In this document: positions 18,390 through 29,243 of the stretch, one piece after another
Numbering within the stretch: position 1 is the stretch's first letter
How the letters are laid out: each line of letters begins with the position of its first letter
IMG/VR virus record: IMGVR_UViG_3300020392_000009
Location: 27,672 to 91,671 of that record
Source of the DNA: a virus
Length of the DNA: 64,000 nucleotides
Strand: one strand, 5' to 3'
Program-made: the position numbers and the translations under genes
Notes under the pieces: generated by a model
Told to the model about the DNA's origin: nothing
Databases searched by the model: none
What the model saw: only the letters and a program-made list of their open reading frames with translations

Positions 18390-19744
18390 GCCAGTATTCC
18401 TCCTACATTTTCTAGTTCATCCATCACTGACATTTTACAATTGTCTTTGTATTTCTGTATATCATCCAAGTATATTCCTTCTTTTAGCCAATCAAAACCA
18501 ACATGGTCTTTATGATTCTCCCACTTCATTAATTTAAAGATTTCATCACAACGGCTCTTATACCAATCAGCCTTCTTGTAAGATTTCTTCATTCTAATTA
18601 ATTCTAACAAAAGTTCTGCATTACCCTTCTTTAATCTAAAGTGAGGCAGACATTTTGTTAGAAGTTCACTAACATCTGCTTGAGAATAAAAGTTTAAGCG
18701 ATTAATTAATCTAGTGTCTTGAGGAGATTTTTGGTCTAGGTGCATACGACCAAATCCTATTGACTTGTGCATTTCTTTCATGAATACCTTTCCTCTTTCT
18801 CCAGTAGCAACTAGCCCAACTCTAGGATTCATATTTCTATCTAAAGTAATATAGCCATCCGAATCAATAAATGCGGCAGTATAAGCCCAAATATTCTTTT
18901 TGATAAGAGATGGAACTTTGTAGTAAGAACCATTATGTGAAGCAACCTCTAACTTTCTTATTGTCTTAGAAATCATATTTGGGTTTGTTATGTTAAACAT
19001 ATCAACAGGCATCTTTTCATGTATGCCTTTAGCGGTAATGCCTTGATGTTTTGTTATAGTATTTTCAATAAACTCTAGTTGTCTTTCTTTTTTGCTTTTG
19101 TTTAGGGTCTGAGTCTTGACTGCTTTAAGACACTCCCTAAATTCTTTTTTTGCTTGCGACATTTCCTTAGATAATTTACTATATTCTTTTGAATAAGCCA
19201 TTCCTTCTCTATCTAATTCAGCCTCCCAGTATTTACAAAGCGAATCTACTATGCCTCTTCTAGACTTAATATCTTTCATTTTATTTAGTCTCGATAAATC
19301 TTTTTCAGTGAATCTCATTTTCCTAAAAGGTTGTTTGTAAGGTGCTAACCAAAAGATACTATCAATTGATTTCTCTAAATGCTCACTATAAGCATCTATT
19401 ACTACATCAATGGCCTTAGACATATTTTCTCTAAGACTCCCCTTTAATTCTCTACGATTATTTCTCATTTTTTTAACAAGTTCTGGGACAGTTTGTTCAT
19501 GAATAATATATTGTTTTGGAAAGACATCTAGCATCTTTCTTGCTTCACTGGCATTAATAGAATATGTTTTAGAAACCAGTGCCAATTCATCCACTTCTGA
19601 CATTACATAATCCTTTGATACTAAACTCTTAATTGTTATACTTTCAGGTAAATTACTTACAATTTTACCCTCTTCTTCATTCAGTTCTTTTAGTCTACCA
19701 AACTGTTCTTCGGCTTCTTCTAGTTCTTCGACTGTTAGATTCAT
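18386..19744 (-). CDS. Protein with a C-terminal LAGLIDADG endonuclease-like domain
   Basis: YTAAFIDSDGYI helix after a long helical/wHTH-like N-terminus. Confidence 0.75.
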   Translation of the reverse strand: MNLTVEELEEAEEQFGRLKELNEEEGKIVSNLPESITIKSLVSKDYVMSEVDELALVSKTYSINASEARKMLDVFPKQYIIHEQTVPELVKKMRNNRRELKGSLRENMSKAIDVVIDAYSEHLEKSIDSIFWLAPYKQPFRKMRFTEKDLSRLNKMKDIKSRRGIVDSLCKYWEAELDREGMAYSKEYSKLSKEMSQAKKEFRECLKAVKTQTLNKSKKERQLEFIENTITKHQGITAKGIHEKMPVDMFNITNPNMISKTIRKLEVASHNGSYYKVPSLIKKNIWAYTAAFIDSDGYITLDRNMNPRVGLVATGERGKVFMKEMHKSIGFGRMHLDQKSPQDTRLINRLNFYSQADVSELLTKCLPHFRLKKGNAELLLELIRMKKSYKKADWYKSRCDEIFKLMKWENHKDHVGFDWLKEGIYLDDIQKYKDNCKMSVMDELENVGGILA

Positions 19745-19753
19745 ATTTATTCC

Positions 19754-21175
19754 TCAAAAGTTTAATCCAAGTAGTCCGTTGTTTCTTGTTGGTTTAGGGT
19801 CATCAAATAGCCCCATATTATCTAATAGTATGAATTTATCTGATATTTGGTAAGTGGCCGCATTCGCTAAGGCTAGGCTCATAACCATATCGTCATGCGC
19901 CCCTACGCCCTCAAACTTACCTCTTTCAGTAATAGCAAACATAGACAACTCTTCTATCAATGTGGAAGTAACTCTACGGCTTTCTTCATTACCATAGGGA
20001 AAGTTCATTTTTTTATTTTCTAAACTCATTTGTAGGTTGAGAATTATCTCTTGTTTCTTTTTTCTAGTAGTATTAAAATCATATAAGTTTAAATCAGCAA
20101 CCTGTCGTAACTCTTGGGTAAATGATTTAGCAAAAGTGTTCGTCTCAAATAATATTACCTCCGGTCTAAATACTTGATTGATTAGTTTTACCTTCTGTAT
20201 GTTTTCTCTAAACTCTACATTTTTTGCCCTGTCTACATAGATGATTGATTTATTTTCTTCTTCATCCATTTCAATCACTGTAATTACATTGTAGTCCCCA
20301 TCAGTAGAAATAGCAGGGTCAATTCCAACATAGTATTTGTAGCCCTCTCTTTTCATAGGCTTCAAAACTAAACTACTATTTTTTGCCGACTCTAAATATT
20401 CCGGATTAAATAGAGAAGTTCCTGTAGAAATAGGAACACACATATATTCTCTTGTAAACATTAGTGAACCCACTTCTGCCTTTCTAGCCATAAGAGAATC
20501 ATAATCCCATCTATTAGGCCATAGTGGTTCATTAAGAGCATTAAGGCATGGATATGTTCTAAGAGTGTATGCAGGATTTTCTGATAGTTGAGCATAGATA
20601 TCAGTATAACTAAACGGAGTTCCAATAACTCTTAGCGATGCTGAGTGATGAAGTGTCGGTATCATATCACCATAAAACCAATCAGTTACCTTTTGAATAC
20701 CACTTATACTAAATTCTTTCAAAGGGTCGTCAATGATAATCTCTTGAGGGTGAAGTCCACGAATCTGTGAACCAACAGAACGCTCTAAAATTTGATTACC
20801 ATTAGTTAATGTAATATTTCCTATCGCCCAACCTCTAGGCGGCTTGAATTTTTTAAGCAGAGGATTATTGAATAGTTTATCTATATCCCTCATATGAACC
20901 ATAGTCTGTTTTTGGTTAGAAGAAATGTATAGCATTTGATAGGGAGGCTCTTGAAATACTAAATTCCATACTACCCAAGCATGCATAAATACAGATTTAC
21001 CGTGACCTCTCGAACAAATTATAACTGTTCTTTGAGTATCTTTCATAAGTTCTAACCATTCTTCTTGGTGCTTAGCAAACTCCCAACCCAATACATTTTG
21101 AAAGAAGTATGGAAATGAGTTTTTAGATAACTCCATATCCATTTGATGTTCAAAGTTTAACGCCTCTATATCCAA
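19754..21175 (-). CDS. terL: Terminase large subunit
   Basis: SRGHGKS Walker A, IRGLHP..IIIDD Walker B, GIDPA and HDDMVMSLALA nuclease motifs. Confidence 0.92.
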   Translation of the reverse strand: MDIEALNFEHQMDMELSKNSFPYFFQNVLGWEFAKHQEEWLELMKDTQRTVIICSRGHGKSVFMHAWVVWNLVFQEPPYQMLYISSNQKQTMVHMRDIDKLFNNPLLKKFKPPRGWAIGNITLTNGNQILERSVGSQIRGLHPQEIIIDDPLKEFSISGIQKVTDWFYGDMIPTLHHSASLRVIGTPFSYTDIYAQLSENPAYTLRTYPCLNALNEPLWPNRWDYDSLMARKAEVGSLMFTREYMCVPISTGTSLFNPEYLESAKNSSLVLKPMKREGYKYYVGIDPAISTDGDYNVITVIEMDEEENKSIIYVDRAKNVEFRENIQKVKLINQVFRPEVILFETNTFAKSFTQELRQVADLNLYDFNTTRKKKQEIILNLQMSLENKKMNFPYGNEESRRVTSTLIEELSMFAITERGKFEGVGAHDDMVMSLALANAATYQISDKFILLDNMGLFDDPKPTRNNGLLGLNF

Positions 21176-21176
21176 A

Positions 21177-21695
21177 TTAATACCTCTTTAAAATTAAATG
21201 CCAAGATTTTTCTATCTTATTAGCAGGTTTAATTCCCCAAACCCGCCCTTTTTCCTTAGCATAATCCGTTATTTTTTTAATTATATTTTTAGGAATAGAA
21301 TTTAACAGACTTGGTTCTATATTTGTTATCTGCCAACCAGTTTTTTCGTTAGCCGCTATCCAACTTGGTGCATTGATGAATACAGCAAGTAGGGGCTTAT
21401 TTGGAATAACGCTAGCACGATAAGGAACTAAATCAGTCATGTGGCCTCTAGGAGAACCTTCAATAGATTGAGTTCCTCCAACTATTACATAATCGGGATG
21501 CTCCGTCCAACCAGTAGTGGAAATAGTCTTGTCATTATCATCAACTCTAATAATCCATTTGTTTAAATCGTAAAAAGGAGGTGGTGAACCTGCTCTAACA
21601 TAAGGCTCATTCGGATTATCAGTATTCCACCTTTCTTTCATCTCCTCGAAAGAAAAAATCTCATCCAAAACTTTCGGCATAATTATCCCTACCAA
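21177..21695 (-). CDS. Possible GNAT-like protein with a C-terminal tag
   Basis: Beta-rich core with RGH...TGW spacing reminiscent of GNAT; ends IEKSWHLILKRY. Confidence 0.45.
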   Translation of the reverse strand: MVGIIMPKVLDEIFSFEEMKERWNTDNPNEPYVRAGSPPPFYDLNKWIIRVDDNDKTISTTGWTEHPDYVIVGGTQSIEGSPRGHMTDLVPYRASVIPNKPLLAVFINAPSWIAANEKTGWQITNIEPSLLNSIPKNIIKKITDYAKEKGRVWGIKPANKIEKSWHLILKRY

Positions 21696-24292
21696 ACTCT
21701 TTGTCTAAATCTAGCCTTGATTAAATATACATGGTCAGTAGTTATACCATAATCTCTACCTATAGATTCATGAGAATCAATTGACTTAACAATGTTCTCT
21801 ACCTCCATATGACTCAAATCCAAGTTTTCCTCTTTGTGCATTTTTTCTATTACCAAATCTATGTTATCAAAAGTCAATGGTAAGAACCCATACACGGTTT
21901 CTTTTCCTAAAGATTTTCTTATAACATCGTGCGCTTTTAATAATTTTTTATTAACCATTTTACCGATAGTCAAAGGAGAATCTTGCTTAACACTATCTCT
22001 TAATAGTTGTATTAGTTCAAAGTAGGCTTCTCTTTTATCTCTTTCATCTTGACCGCCTCCAGCAAATAGGCTTTGTTTTTCCTCTAAGGTATTAATAAAA
22101 TCTAACTTAAATGAGGAACTACCCGTCCTTGTTTCGTTAGCCCTATCTTCTATTGTTTCTCCTTTTATCTTTCTATCCTTTTTAGAAAAGTCTTGTGTTT
22201 CATCCATTATGTTAAACAATAAAAGTGAAATAAAACCAAAGGCATCTTTATCTTCTACTCCAAATTTTTTCAAAGAGGTTGCGGCTCTTTTTCCTGCCGC
22301 AATAAGTTGGTCATTTACATTAGTGTCAATGTCTTGGTAATCTCTTAGATAATCTATAATGTTTCTAAAATCTACTGAACTTATATTTCTAAATCTTCTA
22401 CTTCCCCTAAAAAACGGACTAGTAATCCCAGTCTTATTACCTAGTAACTTATTTATTTCCTTAACTACTTTTCCACCAACAGCATTGTAAAAAGAAGGAA
22501 CAGAAACAGGTAGCATACCTCTATTCATAGGCTCGTAGTAATATTCCTCAGCAGATTTGAAGAACTTTTTAAGAACTTTTTTTGCCTCGGCTTCGTCAAA
22601 GGTTTCATTAAATTTAGGTGGTTTAGGTTTGAAGGCAGTATCTTTTGCATAAGACTGTATTGCTGAACCTGCCGTTGTATCTTTAAAATCAACCATAGTT
22701 TTGTCTTGTCCTCTAGTCGCCCTTGTTCCAACTGCTTCTCTTGCGCCCATAGGGAATTGGTCTGGGTCACTAACCAATACTAGCGACGACAAATCATTAA
22801 AGAAATCTTTAATAAAATTAATATTATCATAGTCTATTTTCTTAGAGTAATCTATATTATTTCTGTCTCCGCCATCGCTTCTTCTTAGAGGATAGAACCC
22901 GCTTTTTTCAACAAAGTCCCTTGTGCCATATGTAGAATAAAAGGTCTTATCTGCCAAAACAGAAAGGGGTAATGCAAAAGGAAATGTTGAATTAGTTCCA
23001 TCGGGGTTATCTTCTATTCCTTCTACCGTTAGTGTATCTTCCAATTCATCTATTAATCTTTCAAAGTCTTGCCTTACATTTATGGTTAAGTCATCTTGTG
23101 CCAAAGCATTTTCCAAATAAGACTTTAAGATAGTATAGTGTTTTTCTATAATGGCTACAAGTTTTATGTTTCTACTATTTTCCCAAACTAAAAGAGGGTC
23201 TGCTTTAGAAGGAATTGATTTTGCCTGCTCCATAAATTTAGCATAGACTCCTTCTCCCGCTAATTCTTCAAATTCTTCTATTGATTGTTGTAATTCATCT
23301 TCCGAAATAGTAGCGCCAGTATATTGACTATCTCCCCCAACCGTATTTAGAAAGGCTTGCTCCATAGCCTCTTGCTTTCCACCCGAAATATCTTCTTCTA
23401 TTGCTCTTTCTTCTGGAGTATCTTTTATTTCAGTTATTCTATCATAGAGACCTTGAGTTTGCATTAGTCTAATTATCAATAGAACTAACCTCGCTCCTGC
23501 ATCTGCTACTAGTATATCAGTAAATGGGAAGTCTGCTATGTAAACAAATTTAGTTAGGTCGTTTTCTAAATTATATCTAATAATAAATTTGTTAGCCTCT
23601 TCATTGTTTAACTGCTTCAAAAGAATACCTAAATCTTTCAAATCATCAAGAAACTTACCTTCTTTTTCTCTAACAACATTAGTCCAAAACTTATACACAG
23701 CCTTTCTAGTTTCACCTTTAGAAACATCAACTGCTCCCATGAGTTCGCCCAAAGGATATTTTAATTGTCTCTGTTTTGGTTCTACATCTTGTTCTTCTAT
23801 TCGTTCTATTATGAACATAAGATTATCTTCTGAAATTGGATTAGACTCGAAAAGACCTGCCCCCAATCTGTTTTCTATGAGTTTCTTTGTTCTATTTTGA
23901 ACTTCTTTACTAGCATTTATTTTGAAATCTTCAGGCAGTCTAGTGGTAACTAAAAACCTAGCATCCAGCACTCTACCTCTATTATCCTCTAACATTAGTT
24001 TTTGGGAATAGTTCTGTATTTGATTTTCTAAACTCACTGTATCTAAAACATCCTCAGTTGTTTCTAACTCATCTAGTGTTTTTATTAGCGCATCTCTAAA
24101 TAATTTTCTTTGTTTTATGTATTCCTTATCTGTTCTATCAACATTATTTTGTTCGAGATATTTTTCAGCCCATTCGTTTATAATCTCTTCCTGCTTCCTT
24201 CTTTTTTTTCCTCTTGCAGAAATACCGGCTATGGTTTTTAAATCCTCTTCGCTCCTTTCAACGGCTATGCCGCCACTCTCTATCTTCACCAT
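21689..24292 (-). CDS. Large hypothetical protein, possibly an internal virion protein
   Basis: 867 aa, acidic/helical, in the late-gene arm. Confidence 0.7.
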   Translation of the reverse strand: MVKIESGGIAVERSEEDLKTIAGISARGKKRRKQEEIINEWAEKYLEQNNVDRTDKEYIKQRKLFRDALIKTLDELETTEDVLDTVSLENQIQNYSQKLMLEDNRGRVLDARFLVTTRLPEDFKINASKEVQNRTKKLIENRLGAGLFESNPISEDNLMFIIERIEEQDVEPKQRQLKYPLGELMGAVDVSKGETRKAVYKFWTNVVREKEGKFLDDLKDLGILLKQLNNEEANKFIIRYNLENDLTKFVYIADFPFTDILVADAGARLVLLIIRLMQTQGLYDRITEIKDTPEERAIEEDISGGKQEAMEQAFLNTVGGDSQYTGATISEDELQQSIEEFEELAGEGVYAKFMEQAKSIPSKADPLLVWENSRNIKLVAIIEKHYTILKSYLENALAQDDLTINVRQDFERLIDELEDTLTVEGIEDNPDGTNSTFPFALPLSVLADKTFYSTYGTRDFVEKSGFYPLRRSDGGDRNNIDYSKKIDYDNINFIKDFFNDLSSLVLVSDPDQFPMGAREAVGTRATRGQDKTMVDFKDTTAGSAIQSYAKDTAFKPKPPKFNETFDEAEAKKVLKKFFKSAEEYYYEPMNRGMLPVSVPSFYNAVGGKVVKEINKLLGNKTGITSPFFRGSRRFRNISSVDFRNIIDYLRDYQDIDTNVNDQLIAAGKRAATSLKKFGVEDKDAFGFISLLLFNIMDETQDFSKKDRKIKGETIEDRANETRTGSSSFKLDFINTLEEKQSLFAGGGQDERDKREAYFELIQLLRDSVKQDSPLTIGKMVNKKLLKAHDVIRKSLGKETVYGFLPLTFDNIDLVIEKMHKEENLDLSHMEVENIVKSIDSHESIGRDYGITTDHVYLIKARFRQRVW

Positions 24293-24293
24293 A

Positions 24294-26417
24294 TTAACTC
24301 TCCCTTAATATCCCAACGCTTTCATCTGATAGAGCCTCAAGAGCCTTCTTTGCTTTAGTCGAGCCTCCCCTTCCTAATTTAAATTTCCCTCCAGTAAAGT
24401 TCTCTGCAAATAGTTTGACATGGTTCTCAAATGCAGAAATAATTTCTTTTTTAAGGTTGTTTAAGATTATAGGTATATCTTCTTTTATTTGGTCTGCTAT
24501 TTTTACATCTCCCGTTTCATCTAATTCTGCATAAGCATCCAAAAGACCATCAGCCCCCACTACTTCTGCATTAAGACCAATAAAACCAATAAACTCGTCT
24601 AATGATAAATTAGGTATAGTAGCGGAAATATCAAATGTATTAACTAACTCTACTAGTCCCTTAGTTTCAGAAATAGAGATTAAATGCTTGGAGAATACAT
24701 CATCGGTTAAGCCACTTAGTTCCCTCAATCTAATAAGAGTGGGATTGTTAAATTGAGTATCTACTGTTCTTACTCTTTTAGCAGGACTTACTTCTCCTAA
24801 TTTACTTCTAGATGGGGCAAACTCAGAGGCTCTGTCTTTATATCTGCCCTCTTCTGTTCTTTGTTCTCCAATATCTGCTAATTCTTCGTAGATATCTTTG
24901 AATTGAATTACTTCTGTGGGGTCGTCTTTATCATATATCTGAGCGTGAGTAGCACCAACGGCTGTATTAGCCATAATTATCTGTCCTGCATCATCTCTTT
25001 CATCAGTTGGTTTGTTATTTTCTTCTTTACCATTAAAATATACCACATCATATATGTCAGAATACTCATTTTCAATGATTTTTGCCTCAGAAACACTAGG
25101 ATTATCCCTTAAATAAGCAGGTAAATTAGCCTTTAATTGGCCTGTTAATCTACCAAAACCTTGCGATAACCTACTAGGGTTTTTCCTATTTTTTACTAAA
25201 TCAGTAACTTTTCTCTTTTTTTGCTCTCTTGTTCCAGTTATTTCATACTCTGAAAGGTCTAATCCTTTGTAATTAGTGCCTCCGGACTGTAAAACTTCTA
25301 CTATTTCTTCAATTAATTTTCTTTCTATGGCATAATCACTCAATAAGTTCTCTCTTCTAATTACACCTGTTAAAGTAGTTACCCATTTGTCATCAAAATT
25401 AGGCCTTAGTATTGTTTTTGCTATTGAGGACATAACTAAATCATCTCCTATACCCGAAATCATAACATAATTTTTAATAAATGGCTCATTAGGAATGAAT
25501 ATCTTCTTACTACCTTCAACAGACTCGTTAATTACTTCTATATACTCTTTTACTGTATTTTCTGTAAATGTTTTAACAGTATATTCTAATCCTAGTATTC
25601 TATCTCTTGTCATTCTCAAAGCGTCTTTATCAAGAGAAGTCGATGACTCATCCTTAACAAATTTAACGCTCAAATTTCTAATATTTTCATTATAGTAAGT
25701 TAAAATGTCCGGATTTGAGTTCACTAGTTGAATAAATTCGTTAAATCCAGTAAAATCACCACTTTTCTTGTATAATTTACCATCTTTATTGTTCGCACCT
25801 ATCATTTCTGCAAATTTATTGATTTTATCTTCGTTTCCTTTGTATGGAGTTATAGTAAAGTAAGGGTTTTGCCTTCTAGTTATAACATATTGCCACATAG
25901 TCTGTGCATCGGGGTATCTATTCCACTTTCCTCCCTTTCCACTAAGCGGAAATTGCCCCGTCTTTGTCAAAAATGCCTCAGTTTCTTTTCTTAATCTACT
26001 TTGTTCCGCTAAAAGTTCATCACTAGCACCATCCGGCTTCTTTTTAGCAACTTCAACCTTTCTAGTTACATTGTGAAGGTCGGTAATTAGTTTCATTAGG
26101 GAATCTTTTGTTTTAGTGGGGCGTTTTACTCTCAATTCCATTAATTTTTCCAGTCTTTTTCTTGCTTCTTCCGGATTCAAGCCCTTCTTTTCAGAAAATT
26201 TAGCAATTTCTTCAAACAAACTTCTTCTATTTGGTGTATCTCCGGAAAGATTATCTAAAAATCTAGAAAATTGCTTGGATTCTGCACTATTTTTGTCTGC
26301 ATTCTTGAAACTTTCATAAAAATCATTGAACATTTGCTCTCTAACTAGAGTTCTAGCCAAAACTTTTACTCTAGTTATGGGTAAGAAGTCCTCTTTTAAA
26401 ATTTCTAGCCAATTCAA
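24294..26417 (-). CDS. Large tagged protein, possibly an internal virion protein
   Basis: 707 aa, starts MNWLEILKE. Confidence 0.7.
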   Translation of the reverse strand: MNWLEILKEDFLPITRVKVLARTLVREQMFNDFYESFKNADKNSAESKQFSRFLDNLSGDTPNRRSLFEEIAKFSEKKGLNPEEARKRLEKLMELRVKRPTKTKDSLMKLITDLHNVTRKVEVAKKKPDGASDELLAEQSRLRKETEAFLTKTGQFPLSGKGGKWNRYPDAQTMWQYVITRRQNPYFTITPYKGNEDKINKFAEMIGANNKDGKLYKKSGDFTGFNEFIQLVNSNPDILTYYNENIRNLSVKFVKDESSTSLDKDALRMTRDRILGLEYTVKTFTENTVKEYIEVINESVEGSKKIFIPNEPFIKNYVMISGIGDDLVMSSIAKTILRPNFDDKWVTTLTGVIRRENLLSDYAIERKLIEEIVEVLQSGGTNYKGLDLSEYEITGTREQKKRKVTDLVKNRKNPSRLSQGFGRLTGQLKANLPAYLRDNPSVSEAKIIENEYSDIYDVVYFNGKEENNKPTDERDDAGQIIMANTAVGATHAQIYDKDDPTEVIQFKDIYEELADIGEQRTEEGRYKDRASEFAPSRSKLGEVSPAKRVRTVDTQFNNPTLIRLRELSGLTDDVFSKHLISISETKGLVELVNTFDISATIPNLSLDEFIGFIGLNAEVVGADGLLDAYAELDETGDVKIADQIKEDIPIILNNLKKEIISAFENHVKLFAENFTGGKFKLGRGGSTKAKKALEALSDESVGILRES

Positions 26418-26428
26418 ACGCTCAACTC

Positions 26429-26707
26429 CTACAAATTGAGTGCTTCTTCAACAGGTTCTAGTAGTTTTTCTAAATTAAAATTAGTAAATCGCTCAACTAC
26501 CATGTTATTTTCTCTAATAAAAATAGTAAAGCCCCCTCTTCCTTTTTGTAATAGTTCTAATCTTTTATCTTCAAAGTCAATAAACATTTTAATTCCTGCT
26601 TTTCCGTGACCGCCCTTTACTGCATCGGCTTCAAGTCCTAGTTTAAATGCAAAATGCTCCATAAATTGTCTAGGTAAAAGCATCTTTAGTATATTTTTCC
26701 AACTCAT
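26429..26707 (-). CDS. Tagged hypothetical protein
   Basis: Starts MSWKNILKM. Confidence 0.7.
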   Translation of the reverse strand: MSWKNILKMLLPRQFMEHFAFKLGLEADAVKGGHGKAGIKMFIDFEDKRLELLQKGRGGFTIFIRENNMVVERFTNFNLEKLLEPVEEALNL

Positions 26708-27006
26708 TGTAACTTCTCCTGCATTTGGTATAAATCGTATAGGTGGCGTTCAAAGGCATTTTTCTTACGCAGTAAATTACTTCTTTTTGGTTCTTCACTA
26801 CTATTTACTCCTGCTATTATAGATTCTAAATCTTTAATTAATTTTTGATAAGACTTTATGTATTTTCTAAGATATGTTCTTAATCCAATGTCCTCCGCCA
26901 GTTCTAAACTCCAATCCACATATTCATCTCCTGTTCTATCTTCTAAACGCTCAAGAGATTCCTTTAATTGTGATAAATCTTCTTTTAATATATCTTTCCA
27001 ACTCAT
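26704..27006 (-). CDS. Tagged hypothetical protein
   Basis: Starts MSWKDILKE. Confidence 0.7.
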   Translation of the reverse strand: MSWKDILKEDLSQLKESLERLEDRTGDEYVDWSLELAEDIGLRTYLRKYIKSYQKLIKDLESIIAGVNSSEEPKRSNLLRKKNAFERHLYDLYQMQEKLQ

Positions 27007-27665
27007 TGTAATTTCTCCTGCATTCTTTGTTTAATCTCTAACCATATTTGCGGATTATTTTGTGCTAATACTTCTTGGACTATTTGCATTTGATGAACAA
27101 TTACGGTATCTTGTCGCCTATGTATCAATTTACCCTTAAACTCCATCAAGTATTTTAATGATTCTCTAATCTCTCTAGCAAGTTTAGTTAGAGCATCAAT
27201 CATCTTAGGGTCTAGGTCATTTCCTAATTCATCAAAGACCTGTTCTAATCTCATATCCAACTTAGATACATTCCTAGAAAGTAAATCTACTTCATTTACT
27301 TCTTTCTTTGCTATCATCATAGCCGCACTCTCTTGAACAATAGGAGTTAAGTGGTGTTTAAGATGTCTTTGTATTTGTTGTTGTGTAGTATCTAATTCAA
27401 CCGCTACTTCTTTAGTAGTAATTTCTCCATTAGACAAGGCCATTTCTATTTCTTTTCTATTTGGTTCTACGCATAATTTACATTTAGGATTAGAACTCAT
27501 TTCAAAATCTCCCATATGGTTTCTTTGGTGTTGTGCCGCAGTTCCGCTTCTCCAACCATATTTTTCATCTAAGTCATCACAAGTAGTAGTGCCACTCTCT
27601 AACAAATTTTCTAGTTCTGTTCTATCTTCATGTTGGCACATGCCACAACGCTTTCTTGTTACCAT
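27003..27665 (-). CDS. Protein with two Zn/HTH-like repeats, candidate terminase small subunit
   Basis: CGMC...HQRNH and CKLC...HLKHH repeats followed by a helical oligomerisation-type C-terminus. Confidence 0.5.
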   Translation of the reverse strand: MVTRKRCGMCQHEDRTELENLLESGTTTCDDLDEKYGWRSGTAAQHQRNHMGDFEMSSNPKCKLCVEPNRKEIEMALSNGEITTKEVAVELDTTQQQIQRHLKHHLTPIVQESAAMMIAKKEVNEVDLLSRNVSKLDMRLEQVFDELGNDLDPKMIDALTKLAREIRESLKYLMEFKGKLIHRRQDTVIVHQMQIVQEVLAQNNPQIWLEIKQRMQEKLQ

Positions 27666-27666
27666 A

Positions 27667-29121
27667 TTAATTCCTCAAAATATCCATCCATGATTTCAAT
27701 ACTATTCTTTCATCTGTGTTAGGTGCATTCATACTTTGTAAATCTCTAGTTCGAGTAATCACCGATTGGTTTAGCAAAGCCTTCATAGCATTCTTTGTAA
27801 GTTTGAAATTTATTTTTCTAACATCTGATAGATTAAACATATCCATTATTTTATTTCTAGAAGTGGGGGAGAAATCAAAATTCTTTTCTCTTAACATTCT
27901 AAGAGACTGGGAAGTTTGAAAGTCATTATCGTTATATAGTGAAGTATTCCTAAGTAAAGCCTGTGCATACCTCTTTATCTCCGGTATCTTTGCTAATGCT
28001 ACTGCCTGTGTCTTTTTACTAACAGGAACTACTATGTCTTGTAGTCCCTCACTTCTAAAATCAAAGCCCTTCTTTTTATCCTTGATAAGATTCTGCCATG
28101 CGGGTTTTCCATCCGGTGCTTTAGATGTTCCTCTTATCTTTAGTGCTTGCTTAACAAACATAACAATAACTTCGGGTGTAGCCTTACAAGTCACCATTCC
28201 AACTTCTCCCGCAGGAGCATCCTTTGTATTTAGTTTAGTCAATCTTTCAATTGCCTGCTTTTCTTTGTTACCTATTTTAAATTCAGTTGATTCAAACTCT
28301 CTTCTTAATTTATTTACTAATAGTTTACCATCTTTCCAAAACGCAGTATTTCTAGTGGACTTAACAAAAAAAGTTTCAAAGGCGTTTAACTTTATCCAAT
28401 CTATAAAATCATCTTCTCCTATCGGTGCGCTCCCTACCTCTATTGGTTCTGATACTGCTTGTATTGCATCTTCTAAAATATATTTAAGCCCTCTAGAATC
28501 AAACTCGGAACTGGATTTTTCATTGTATAATGCTTGATGGGGAATATTTCCGCCATCCATTGTTCCTGTAAACCAAGCGTCGGGGGCTTTAGTTGTGTTA
28601 TATTTTTTAGCATATTTAGCAGTAGCATAGTGACCTGTTATTGTTTTAGGTTTCATTGGATTTCCTCTAGAATCTTTTCTAGGCTCACTAAAAACGATAA
28701 ATGCGGGGTCTAGGGCTATTCCTTCTTTACCTACATCCTTTCCTGTTTCAAATAAATCATCCAATACCTTTGCCAAATCAGTAATATCTTCTAAGTCATC
28801 ATCGCTAAGATAGTTTTTTTGTAAAACTTTATCCATTGTTTTGATAGCCTCTACTGCCCCTTGACCTATTGCGCCAGCCCTTCTGTTTCTACTCTTTTCT
28901 CTAACATAAGTTCCAGTAAGATGATTCTTTAGAAAGTCAAAAAGAGTTGGAACATTCTTCACTTGCATTTTGCTACCGGAAGTATTCAAACAGGTTTGTT
29001 TCCACTTAGCATACTCATTAACAAAATCATACTTATCGAGGTTTTGATTGATTTCCATTCCTTTGTAATCAATCGTTTTCTTCTTTATCCTTTTTCTTTT
29101 TACCACGCTTTTTTCCCCCAT
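27667..29121 (-). CDS. Large hypothetical protein with a C-terminal tag
   Basis: 484 aa, ends VLKSWMDILRN; true start may be slightly downstream. Confidence 0.7.
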   Translation of the reverse strand: MGEKSVVKRKRIKKKTIDYKGMEINQNLDKYDFVNEYAKWKQTCLNTSGSKMQVKNVPTLFDFLKNHLTGTYVREKSRNRRAGAIGQGAVEAIKTMDKVLQKNYLSDDDLEDITDLAKVLDDLFETGKDVGKEGIALDPAFIVFSEPRKDSRGNPMKPKTITGHYATAKYAKKYNTTKAPDAWFTGTMDGGNIPHQALYNEKSSSEFDSRGLKYILEDAIQAVSEPIEVGSAPIGEDDFIDWIKLNAFETFFVKSTRNTAFWKDGKLLVNKLRREFESTEFKIGNKEKQAIERLTKLNTKDAPAGEVGMVTCKATPEVIVMFVKQALKIRGTSKAPDGKPAWQNLIKDKKKGFDFRSEGLQDIVVPVSKKTQAVALAKIPEIKRYAQALLRNTSLYNDNDFQTSQSLRMLREKNFDFSPTSRNKIMDMFNLSDVRKINFKLTKNAMKALLNQSVITRTRDLQSMNAPNTDERIVLKSWMDILRN

Positions 29122-29239
29122 AAGTTATGTTAAATAATTTTCCTGAAACTGCCGAAGGAGAAGTAGTAGTGACTGCTCCCGCTTCTTTCTCTATACTTTC
29201 CTTATTAGTCTTTTCTTTAAGAATGTCTTTCCACTTCAT
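29069..29239 (-). CDS. 56-aa tagged basic peptide (not in the ORF track)
   Basis: MKWKDILKEKTNKESIEKEAGAVTTTSPSAVSGKLFNITYGGKKRGKKKKDKEEND*. Confidence 0.65.
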   Translation of the reverse strand: MKWKDILKEKTNKESIEKEAGAVTTTSPSAVSGKLFNITYGGKKRGKKKKDKEEND

Positions 29240-29243
29240 AATA

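Noticed and set aside
19754-21175. Intein or intron in terL, given the adjacent LAGLIDADG gene
   Set aside because: terL is continuous and of normal length, and the LAGLIDADG ORF has its own start and no splicing motifs.
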